From a virus, in the UHGV virus genome UHGV-0086211: a DNA stretch of 33,168 nucleotides. The stretch is one strand, 5' to 3'. Of the stretch, positions 1 to 7,094 are shown piece after piece; within the stretch, counting starts at the first letter, position 1, and every line of letters starts with the position of its first letter. Below the pieces are notes generated by a model. It did not search any database. It was given only the letters and a program-made list of their open reading frames with translations, and had not been told where the DNA came from. The position numbers and the translations under genes were made by a program.

Positions 1-33
1 TTGTCAACGCTTTTTTGAAAAAAATAAAAAAAT

Positions 34-75
34 TCTACCTTGCACAATATTATGAATAACACTATGCAAGGTAGA
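34..75. repeat. 42-bp imperfect inverted repeat: candidate attP and/or integrase terminator
   Basis: TCTACCTTGCA (34-44) and TGCAAGGTAGA (65-75) are perfect arms around centre GA (54-55), 15 nt downstream of the integrase stop. Inner mismatches become G-U pairs on the minus strand, which then continues into a U-rich run. Confidence 0.6.
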
Positions 76-89
76 GGAAATTAAACAAC

Positions 90-1598
90 TTAAAGAAAAG
101 CCTGCTTTAATTTGATTTCAAGCGTGAAATCGGCGGGCTTTGTTTTTTTGTCTTTGAAATAAACAACTTTTTCAATAACCGTTTTTAACAATCGGTTTCT
201 TGTCGAAATATCAGCTTGCCAATAGCAGTTTAATACATCAGATATATTCTGCTTCGTCTGCTCTATGTCAACGATTTTAATACTATCAGCTTGCTTCTTT
301 ACTGCGGCATACTCACTGTTTAGAGTATCTAGTTGCAGCTGTAAGGTTTGCTGGCGGTCAAGGAATGTTGTTACAGAATATATTTCACGCTCTAGCAGTT
401 CGTGTAATTTGCTTTGCTGCTTTTTAATAACTGATATGCTTCCGGCGATAGATTTTAATTGCTCTTCAAAATTATTTTCCTGAATGCGATTGGTTTGTTT
501 CAAGCTGTCATATTTCTTCAATTTCTCTTGCAATGAATTAATAACAGCTTTTTCCAATAGCTCGTATTTAGTGCCAGCTATGCAGCTTCTCTTTAAGCAC
601 AGATAGCGGGCACTTTCGGTCTTTCCATTCCGGTGCCGCTCCGGGGTGCGTGACATTAAGCTTCCGCAATTTCCACAGTAGACAAGTCCGCTGAGGGCGT
701 TTTTTATATCGCCGGTGAACGACGGCGGGTGTGTTCTGTCCTTAATAATGCCCTGTGTCGTCTCCCATTGCTCGTCGCTAATAATAGCGTCGTGCAAGCC
801 CTCTGTTATCGTCCATTTTTCGGGTGGGTTATATATTCTAATATGCTTAGCGTTCCCTCGTGTGCCTTTCTTGATGTGCGTTATCTTATCCCACACGACC
901 TTGCCATTATAAGCATAGTTTTTAAGTATTGACATAACAGAAGTACGGCCCCACTTGTCTGTCCTGTGTGGGCTTACGCCCATGGCATTTAAGCGGTCGG
1001 CAATAGTTTGACAGCCGTACCCGTTGTTGTATAAGTCAAACATCATTCTTACATATTTAGCCTCCGGCTCGTATATTTCAAGCGTGCTGTGCTTGTTAAC
1101 TTTCGTGTTCCTATAACCATATGGAGCACAAGCAAGGTAGCAGCCCTCCTGCACCGATTTCCGCGTGCCGGCTTTCATACGCTTAGTTATTTGCTTATAT
1201 TCGTATCTTGCAAAAAATGCTGAAAATTCAACATTGCTTTCGTCCGTTTCGTCGTTTAGGTCATAAGTTCGCTGTGGCGTTACGATTAAAGTGTCGTTCT
1301 GCTTCAATGTCTCAATAATAACACCTTGGTCACTCATTCCGCCACGCCCCAAGCGGTCAATGTCCATACAGAGTATTCCCGTGTAAGCTCTGCAGCTCAC
1401 GGCTTCCAGGAGCTTCAACATCTGCGGGCGTGCGTACAAGCTCTCGCCCGAAACGACTTCCTCATATACATCTTGTACAGATAAGTCGTGACTGATAGCG
1501 TATGCTATCAATGTTTCCTTATGCCTGCGTAAAGTATCTTCAAGCGTTTTATCCTGGTCAGCTCTTGACTTTCGCAAGTACATTGCATATTTTTCCAT
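90..1598 (-). CDS. Large serine recombinase (phage integrase)
   Basis: Catalytic YLRKSR, IDRLGR, APYGY, HDAIIS, zinc ribbon (CGNCG...YLC), coiled coil. Start moved to ATG 1598 (MEKYAMY) because of the upstream AAGGGAG RBS. Confidence 0.95.
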   Translation of the reverse strand: MEKYAMYLRKSRADQDKTLEDTLRRHKETLIAYAISHDLSVQDVYEEVVSGESLYARPQMLKLLEAVSCRAYTGILCMDIDRLGRGGMSDQGVIIETLKQNDTLIVTPQRTYDLNDETDESNVEFSAFFARYEYKQITKRMKAGTRKSVQEGCYLACAPYGYRNTKVNKHSTLEIYEPEAKYVRMMFDLYNNGYGCQTIADRLNAMGVSPHRTDKWGRTSVMSILKNYAYNGKVVWDKITHIKKGTRGNAKHIRIYNPPEKWTITEGLHDAIISDEQWETTQGIIKDRTHPPSFTGDIKNALSGLVYCGNCGSLMSRTPERHRNGKTESARYLCLKRSCIAGTKYELLEKAVINSLQEKLKKYDSLKQTNRIQENNFEEQLKSIAGSISVIKKQQSKLHELLEREIYSVTTFLDRQQTLQLQLDTLNSEYAAVKKQADSIKIVDIEQTKQNISDVLNCYWQADISTRNRLLKTVIEKVVYFKDKKTKPADFTLEIKLKQAFL

Positions 1599-1687
1599 AA
1601 ACAACACTCCCTTTTTTATTAATATGCAAAAAAATATTTTAAATGTCCAACTAATGGGACAGCGACAACGTTTTACAAATTTTGTTA

Positions 1688-1734
1688 TTGACAATAACAA
1701 ACAGATGTTTTACAATATATACAAACATTTGTTT
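1688..1734 (+). promoter_or_regulatory. SigA promoter with two SOS/LexA-box-like motifs
   Basis: TTGACA (1688-1693), 17 nt, TACAAT (1711-1716). AAAC-agat-GTTT (1699-1710) lies in the spacer and AAAC-attt-GTTT (1723-1734) at the transcription start. Confidence 0.65.
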
Positions 1735-1762
1735 TAATATTTTTATTGGAAAATATTTCCTG

Positions 1763-1791
1763 TTGAAAATCCCTGCTCACAGCTGTAAAAT
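1763..1791 (+). promoter_or_regulatory. Second tandem SigA-like promoter
   Basis: TTGAAA (1763-1768), 17 nt, TAAAAT (1786-1791). Confidence 0.45.
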
Positions 1792-1835
1792 ATTAGTGTA
1801 TTAGGGATTATAAATTGTAAGGGGTGTAAACAAAA

Positions 1836-1949
1836 ATGGCAGACAAATACAAAAAATACATAATAAAAATGATTATGCGAATAACGGACGAAAAGACGCT
1901 CAAAAAAATATGCGTAATCATAGACAGATTTTTTGTAAAAAGTGATTAG
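1836..1949 (+). CDS. 37-aa protein, candidate SOS-induced antirepressor (not in ORF track)
   Basis: AAGGGGTG RBS, ATG 1836, MADKYKKYIIKMIMRITDEKTLKKICVIIDRFFVKSD, TAG 1949. Own promoters upstream and a terminator directly downstream. Confidence 0.7.
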   Translation: MADKYKKYIIKMIMRITDEKTLKKICVIIDRFFVKSD

Positions 1950-1950
1950 C

Positions 1951-1995
1951 AAAAGGTGGTTGACCTCTTAACCGGTCAACCACTTTTTTGTTTTT
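1951..1995. terminator. Bidirectional intrinsic terminator
   Basis: GTGGTTGACC-8 nt-GGTCAACCAC, with an A-run before and a T-run after, between the convergent 37-aa ORF and the repressor. Confidence 0.85.
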
Positions 1996-2350
1996 ATTTG
2001 TCAAAAATCGAAGAAAGATATTTCTTAAAAGCTGCACGCTGTTCTACTGGCAACTTTATATACAGCTGTATTATTTTAATGTCTAGCTCATCGAGCTTAT
2101 ATTCGTCCGCCAGTTCTTCAAGTAAAATGTTATCGTAATTATTATACATATCGCCGACACCCTCTGTCAGCCACAGATAATTGACACGATATTCCTTGCA
2201 TACTTGCTTTAAAAATAATTCCTTAGGTTCTACAAGCTTTCGTTCGATATTCTTAATAACTCCTATTGTCACACCGACACGCTCTCCAAATTCTGTTTGC
2301 GAGAGCTTTTTTTCTTTCCGCAGTAATTTCAATCTATCCGATATATCCAT
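1994..2350 (-). CDS. XRE-family CI-like repressor (118 aa, no S24 autoprotease domain)
   Basis: HTH RLKLLRKEKKLSQTEFGERVGVT...VNYLWL. GGAGGTGA RBS before ATG 2350. Divergent from the early operon. Confidence 0.9.
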   Translation of the reverse strand: MDISDRLKLLRKEKKLSQTEFGERVGVTIGVIKNIERKLVEPKELFLKQVCKEYRVNYLWLTEGVGDMYNNYDNILLEELADEYKLDELDIKIIQLYIKLPVEQRAAFKKYLSSIFDK

Positions 2351-2378
2351 ATTATAAATCACCTCCCTCAGTAATTCT

Positions 2379-2407
2379 ATTATATTACATAGTCGTTAGA
2401 TTGTCAA
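2379..2407 (-). promoter_or_regulatory. Repressor (lysogenic) promoter
   Basis: Minus strand TTGACA (2407-2402), 17 nt, TATAAT (2384-2379): perfect consensus. Confidence 0.85.
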
Positions 2408-2484
2408 TCCAAAAAAATGCAATATTTTTTCAAAAAATAGATTGACAATCTATAAATTGTGTTATATAATGTATTTACAATCTA
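2397..2484. promoter_or_regulatory. Three 15-bp palindromic operators
   Basis: TAGATTGTCAATCCA (2397-2411), TAGATTGACAATCTA (2438-2452, perfect arms), TGTATTTACAATCTA (2470-2484). They cover both -35 boxes and the rightward transcription start. Confidence 0.8.
2442..2470 (+). promoter_or_regulatory. Early lytic promoter
   Basis: TTGACA (2442-2447), 17 nt, TATAAT (2465-2470): perfect consensus. Confidence 0.85.
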
Positions 2485-2499
2485 TTTGGAGGTGATTTT

Positions 2500-2667
2500 A
2501 TGGATTACAGAACAAATTACACATCTCTCAAAAGAGACGCAGAAGACTTAGTTGAAAATCGACTGCAGGAAGCAACGCAACAGCAAAAAGAGGACATAGT
2601 CAAAGCACTGGTAGCCTTTATTGCTGGAGCAGAGAGTGCAACTATTAATGTTGACAAGTCGGCATAA
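2500..2667 (+). CDS. 55-aa protein in the cro position, no HTH (not in ORF track)
   Basis: GGAGGTGA RBS, ATG 2500, MDYRTNYTSLKRDAEDLVENRLQEATQQQKEDIVKALVAFIAGAESATINVDKSA, TAA 2667. Confidence 0.8.
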   Translation: MDYRTNYTSLKRDAEDLVENRLQEATQQQKEDIVKALVAFIAGAESATINVDKSA

Positions 2668-2715
2668 GAGAATAACGCCGAACAAAGGCGAATAAAAATG
2701 TTAGGAGGTGATTTT

Positions 2716-2913
2716 ATGGAAGCTGCACCGCAGACCGAAGTTAAGTACATTGACCAAGGAAAATACGGAACGACGAAGGTTATCATCAGGACGCCAGGCA
2801 TTTCAGATGTTGAGGAAGCGAGGCGAAACACTGAAAGCCAGTGCCGGGCGTTTGAGGCTATGCTGTCAAACGCTTATGGCGGCAAGTGGAAAGTAAGCAG
2901 AAAGGAGCATTAA
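2716..2913 (+). CDS. Hypothetical early protein (65 aa)
   Basis: AGGAGGTGA RBS before ATG 2716; in operon orientation. Confidence 0.75.
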   Translation: MEAAPQTEVKYIDQGKYGTTKVIIRTPGISDVEEARRNTESQCRAFEAMLSNAYGGKWKVSRKEH

Positions 2914-2915
2914 AA

Positions 2916-3014
2916 ATGACACTATGGTATATGCTGATGTATGGTCTACGCAAGGCGATAGACTACTGCGAGCAATTCATGCAAGACTGTATGAATTGTT
3001 ATACTGAAAAATAA
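2916..3014 (+). CDS. 32-aa hypothetical peptide
   Basis: AAAGGAG RBS, MTLWYMLMYGLRKAIDYCEQFMQDCMNCYTEK; fills the gap between neighbouring genes. Confidence 0.5.
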   Translation: MTLWYMLMYGLRKAIDYCEQFMQDCMNCYTEK

Positions 3015-3029
3015 AGGAGAAAAAAGGCA

Positions 3030-4115
3030 GTGGGAAAAAATTTAATGACGCCGGAATTAGTAAACGAACGGGAGCGTAAAATTTCTGATTTTATCGTTAA
3101 ACAAAAGCAAACTTACGACTTCAAAATTCGCTATGCAGAAATAAGAGTACGCGAATTCATAAGAGAGTGCAATATTCGCGACTTAAACACTCATGTTTCT
3201 GTAGGCGGTCTTGACAGCATTACGCTGTATTTATTTATAAAATCGCTTGGATATAGCGTTCCGGGCGTATCTGTTTCAATACTTGAAGACAAGTCAATAC
3301 AAGAGATACATAAGCAGCTAGGCGTAACAATAATAAAGCCATATAAGAGCAAGACGCAAGTGATTAATGAATACGGGTTCCCTGTTTTATCTAAAGAAAT
3401 AGCGGCTAAGATTGAGCTGCTACAAAATCCGACAGAGAAGAACAAAACAGTAAGACACGCTATTGTCACAGGAGAAACAGGAGAGTACGGCGGCTTTCAA
3501 AAAAACAGTCGTATGAAAATGTCGCAAAAGTGGCTTGAAAAGTTCGGTGGTTATGCAAACGACTGCGAGGGTACAAACTATCAAACGCCGAATTTTAAGG
3601 TATCGTCGAAATGCTGCTACTATCTCAAAGAGAAGCCTTGCAACGACTGGGCAAAACAACATAACAGTGTTCCATTTTTGGGACTAATGGCTAGCGAGGG
3701 CGGACGACGTGCAAAATCACTAATGCTTAACGGCTGTAATTATTTCGGTAAATCTACCATCCGCTCAGCTCCGTTTGCTATTTTCTCGAGACAAGACATT
3801 TTACAGCTTGCCCTTGACCTAAATGTGCCAGTTCCTGAGATTTATGGAAGAATTGAGAAAGACGAGAACGGACTTTTGAGAACAACAGGAGCTCAAAGAA
3901 CTGGATGTAGTATGTGTGGGTTTGGCATACAACTCGAGAAAAGTCCAAACCGTTTTGAGCGGCTAAAAGCACATAATGAAAAGGAATGGGAATACTGGAT
4001 GTTTAAGTGCTGTACCGATGAAACGGGGGAAAAATACGGCTGGAGCAGAGTGTGCGACTATATCGGTGTTCCGTGTGGAATAGAAAAGGGAGAAGCAAAT
4101 GGAAAGATTCATTAA
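3030..4115 (+). CDS. PAPS/APS-reductase-family (PP-loop) protein
   Basis: PP-loop-like SVGGLDS, SKCCYYLKEKP and RTGCSMC motifs. Confidence 0.8.
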   Translation: MGKNLMTPELVNERERKISDFIVKQKQTYDFKIRYAEIRVREFIRECNIRDLNTHVSVGGLDSITLYLFIKSLGYSVPGVSVSILEDKSIQEIHKQLGVTIIKPYKSKTQVINEYGFPVLSKEIAAKIELLQNPTEKNKTVRHAIVTGETGEYGGFQKNSRMKMSQKWLEKFGGYANDCEGTNYQTPNFKVSSKCCYYLKEKPCNDWAKQHNSVPFLGLMASEGGRRAKSLMLNGCNYFGKSTIRSAPFAIFSRQDILQLALDLNVPVPEIYGRIEKDENGLLRTTGAQRTGCSMCGFGIQLEKSPNRFERLKAHNEKEWEYWMFKCCTDETGEKYGWSRVCDYIGVPCGIEKGEANGKIH

Positions 4116-4311
4116 TAGAAACTGCTTTGCAATGACTGACTTAGGCGAATGTTCTGCATTGATAAGAACGCAGTGCGAAAATTGCAAGTTCTGCAAGGGC
4201 AAGGCACAAGTCGAAAGAGAACGAAAAGTAGCTATGGCAAGGCTCAAGAGGATAAGCAACGGAAGCTACTACCTACAGAAATATCATCCTGGGGAGGTGA
4301 GTGCGCGATGA
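4099..4311 (+). CDS. Small Cys-rich hypothetical protein
   Basis: C-x7-C...CENCKFC pattern; RBS present; overlaps the upstream stop. Confidence 0.65.
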   Translation: MERFINRNCFAMTDLGECSALIRTQCENCKFCKGKAQVERERKVAMARLKRISNGSYYLQKYHPGEVSAR

Positions 4312-4439
4312 ACAGCAATAAAAAAAGTGCCTGCGGCACAGCAACTGCCACAAGCACAAAGAACAATAAAACCGATTTAATTATATCCTCTGCGGCGGAA
4401 AAAATCAAGTTGTTGCAGTGGAAAAAATTAAGGATATAA
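4308..4439 (+). CDS. 43-aa hypothetical protein overlapping an antisense unit
   Basis: GGAGGTGA RBS and ATGA overlap at 4308; MNSNKKSAC... Confidence 0.5.
   Translation: MNSNKKSACGTATATSTKNNKTDLIISSAAEKIKLLQWKKLRI
4318..4408 (-). ncRNA. Candidate ~55-nt antisense sRNA with own promoter and terminator
   Basis: Minus strand TTGATT (4408-4403), 17 nt, TATAAT (4385-4380). 12-bp hairpin 4327-4357 (G-U pairs only on the minus strand) followed by 7 U. Confidence 0.55.
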
Positions 4440-4449
4440 ATATCAACTT

Positions 4450-4626
4450 ATGAAATATTACATACTCAGCCTAAAGGACCCTGAAATCCTCGCGCTATAC
4501 AATAGATTTAAGGCGCGGAAAGGCATTATGCCTAGCTACCCCTGCAGCGACAAAGAACGCGAAGAATTTGAACGATATGTTTTAGGCGATGAAAAGTACG
4601 AAAAGCTCAAAGGAAAGGTTGAATAA
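4450..4626 (+). CDS. 58-aa hypothetical protein (not in ORF track)
   Basis: MKYYILSLKDPEILALYNRFKARKG...KGKVE; fills the gap; weak RBS. Confidence 0.6.
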   Translation: MKYYILSLKDPEILALYNRFKARKGIMPSYPCSDKEREEFERYVLGDEKYEKLKGKVE

Positions 4627-4628
4627 TT

Positions 4629-4814
4629 ATGGAGCGAATAGAAAACGAATGTGTTGATTGTGGGCTGCCTTGCCTTGGCGACGCATGCCCATATAGAAAT
4701 GTACGAAGGCTATACTGCGACCGCTGCGACAGCGAAGAAAAGATGTTATACAAAGTTGAAGGCGAGGAGCTTTGCGAAGCGTGCGTGCTAGAAAGTTTCG
4801 AGGTGGTTACATGA
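4629..4814 (+). CDS. Small zinc-binding hypothetical protein
   Basis: CVDC..C....C, CDRC and CEAC motifs; GAAAGGT RBS. Confidence 0.7.
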   Translation: MERIENECVDCGLPCLGDACPYRNVRRLYCDRCDSEEKMLYKVEGEELCEACVLESFEVVT

Positions 4815-5749
4815 GCAGAGTTTTGACACCGACCAAAAACATATCGCACGAAAAATGGCTCGAGTATAGACGGACAGGCATAGGAGGCTCTGACGCATCA
4901 ACGATTGTTGGGCTCAATCCTTACAGCAGTTTGTTTAAACTATACGCGGATAAAAAAGGGCTAATATCATCACCAGCGGATAATGAGGCTATGCGACAGG
5001 GCAGGGATTTCGAAGAATATGTTGCAAAACGATTCACGGAAGCAACAGGCAAAAAGGTTCGCAGAAGGAACTACATGTTTCAGCACGATGATTACGATTA
5101 TATCTTAGCAGATATCGACAGAGAGATAATCGGAGAAAGCGCCGGTCTTGAGTGTAAAACAACATCAGTGTTCAACAAATCGGACTTCGAAAATGGTGAG
5201 ATACCTCTTACATATTATGTACAAATGACACACTACATGGCCGTTATGGGATATGAAAAGATGTATCTTGCAGTGCTTATACTCAGCAAAGGCTTTTACT
5301 GGTTCGTAATTGAAAGAAACGAAGATGAAATCAACAGCTTAGTAAGTGCTGAAAGCAATTTTTGGAACAGCTATGTAGTGCCGGGAATACCACCTGAGTT
5401 GGACGGTTCAGAGGCTACAAAAAACGCTATAGCAGAAATATATCCGTCTGAAACTGATACAGAAACAAGTGTAATCTTGTCTGAAGAGTTAATGTCTGAA
5501 TACAAGCGTGTTAATGAAGTGTTTTCAAATTCGAAAGTTAGACTTGAAGAGATTAAAAACACAATAAAAGAAACTCTCGGACAGTGTGCTTACGGAAAAT
5601 CGAGCAGTTACAATATCAGCTTTAAGAAACAGGAAAAAGCTACAGTTGATTCAAGAGCACTCAAGCAAGCTTACCCTAATATTTACAAGCAATTTTTGAA
5701 GAAGAGCTCTAGCCGAACTCTTAGAATATCATTAGTGAAGGAGAAATAA
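4811..5749 (+). CDS. YqaJ-like viral recombinase / lambda-type exonuclease
   Basis: WLEYRRTGIGGSD, ADIDR, LECKT, YYVQMTHYM; GAGGTGG RBS before ATG 4811. Confidence 0.92.
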   Translation: MSRVLTPTKNISHEKWLEYRRTGIGGSDASTIVGLNPYSSLFKLYADKKGLISSPADNEAMRQGRDFEEYVAKRFTEATGKKVRRRNYMFQHDDYDYILADIDREIIGESAGLECKTTSVFNKSDFENGEIPLTYYVQMTHYMAVMGYEKMYLAVLILSKGFYWFVIERNEDEINSLVSAESNFWNSYVVPGIPPELDGSEATKNAIAEIYPSETDTETSVILSEELMSEYKRVNEVFSNSKVRLEEIKNTIKETLGQCAYGKSSSYNISFKKQEKATVDSRALKQAYPNIYKQFLKKSSSRTLRISLVKEK

Positions 5750-5751
5750 TA

Positions 5752-6591
5752 ATGGCAGTTACAACAAACACAGCCGGAGCAATAGCAAAGGCTAGCAGTA
5801 CCCAAATTAAATCCAAGAAGGCACCCAGCACAATAAAAGATTATATCAATCTTTATTCGAAGGAAATCGCAAAGGCATTGCCGAGCGTGCTTACGCCTGA
5901 AAGGTTCAGCCGTATGGCCATGACAGCAATTACAAAGACACCAAAACTTGCCGAATGTTCGCCGCAAAGCTTTATAGGCTCGTTGCTGACAGCTGCACAG
6001 CTTGGACTTGAGCCGAACACTCCACTTGGACAGGCTTATCTTATACCGTTTTACAACAGCAGAAAGCGTATATATGAGTGTCAATTTCAAGTTGGTTACA
6101 AGGGAATGATAGACCTCTGCAACCGCAGCGGAGAGATTAAAAACATTGAAGCTCATATAGTGTACGAAAATGATGAATTTGAGTTTGAATACGGCTTAGA
6201 CAGCAAACTTAAGCACAAACCTTGTATGAGCGATAAAGGTGCTCCTGTGTGGGTTTATGCGCTGTATCGTCTTAATAACGGTGGCTACGGCTTTGAGGTT
6301 ATGAGCGTAGACGATTGTATGGCTCACGGCGAGAAGTACAGCGAGGCATTTAATAATTCCCCTTGGCAGACAAATCCGGAGGAAATGATGAAAAAAACAG
6401 TGCTTAAGAAAGTCTTGAAGTACGCACCGGTTCGTTCAGACTTCGTGAAAGGTACTGTTGCAGACGAGACAATACAAGTTGCAGATTTCGGAGATACCGA
6501 GGACGGCGAAATTAATGTAATCCCCGTAGATGTTGAAAATAGCAACGAGGTTGAAATTGATACGAAAACAGGGGAAGTAAAGGAGGATTGA
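5752..6591 (+). CDS. recT: RecT-family single-strand annealing protein
   Basis: AAQLGLEPNTPLGQAYLIPF, QFQVGYKGMIDL, SPW...EEMMKKTVL; follows YqaJ. Confidence 0.95.
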   Translation: MAVTTNTAGAIAKASSTQIKSKKAPSTIKDYINLYSKEIAKALPSVLTPERFSRMAMTAITKTPKLAECSPQSFIGSLLTAAQLGLEPNTPLGQAYLIPFYNSRKRIYECQFQVGYKGMIDLCNRSGEIKNIEAHIVYENDEFEFEYGLDSKLKHKPCMSDKGAPVWVYALYRLNNGGYGFEVMSVDDCMAHGEKYSEAFNNSPWQTNPEEMMKKTVLKKVLKYAPVRSDFVKGTVADETIQVADFGDTEDGEINVIPVDVENSNEVEIDTKTGEVKED

Positions 6592-6595
6592 TTAA

Positions 6596-7063
6596 ATGCT
6601 AAACAAAGTAGTGCTAATGGGGCGGCTTACATCCGCCCCGGAGCTTAAAACAACAGGTTCGGGCATTTCTGTATGCAGCTTTGCATTAGCGGTTGATCGC
6701 AACTATGTTAAGCAGGGTGCAGAGCGTCAAACAGACTTTATAAATGTAGTTGCCTGGCGACAGACTGCGGAATTTATATGCAGATACTTTGCCAAAGGTC
6801 AACTGATTGCCCTTGACGGTTCATTGCAAAGCAGAACCTATCAGGACAGAGACGGCAACAACCGCTCTGTTACTGAGGTTATTGCAGACAATGTTTACTT
6901 TACAGGGGACAGAAGAGGAAAGACCTCAAGCGAAAACGACAGCAATTACGGTGCTTCTGCACCGCAGGAACAACCAGCTCAGCAAAACGCAGCAAACACA
7001 TATGCAAGCGGTACAGCTGAAGACTTTGAAGAACTGTTAGACGACGGTGATTTACCGTTTTAA
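6596..7063 (+). CDS. ssb: Single-stranded DNA-binding protein
   Basis: MLNKVVLMGRLT, TDFINVVAW, acidic DDGDLPF tail. Confidence 0.97.
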   Translation: MLNKVVLMGRLTSAPELKTTGSGISVCSFALAVDRNYVKQGAERQTDFINVVAWRQTAEFICRYFAKGQLIALDGSLQSRTYQDRDGNNRSVTEVIADNVYFTGDRRGKTSSENDSNYGASAPQEQPAQQNAANTYASGTAEDFEELLDDGDLPF

Positions 7064-7094
7064 ATAATTAAACATTGCACAAGGAAGTGATTAG

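Noticed and set aside
1619..1661. Possible SigK/SigE-type integrase promoter (ACA-17-CATA) and TGTCC-N8-GGACA palindrome
   Set aside because: The final conserved T of the -10 is missing and the motifs are short in AT-rich DNA, so sporulation-linked excision cannot be claimed.
1599..1700. 34-aa N-terminal extension of the integrase in the ORF track
   Set aside because: The RBS and the catalytic YxRxS motif point to ATG 1598; the extension overlaps regulatory DNA.
1743..1952. 69-aa minus-strand ORF
   Set aside because: No RBS; it is the antisense shadow of the 37-aa plus-strand gene, which has promoter, RBS and terminator.
2488..2720. Identical 17-mer GGAGGTGATTTTATGGA at 2488 and 2704
   Set aside because: Explained by two optimal RBS-plus-ATG sequences; no other sign of duplication.
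2517..2831. 104-aa minus-strand ORF
   Set aside because: Antisense to two plus-strand genes with strong RBSs.
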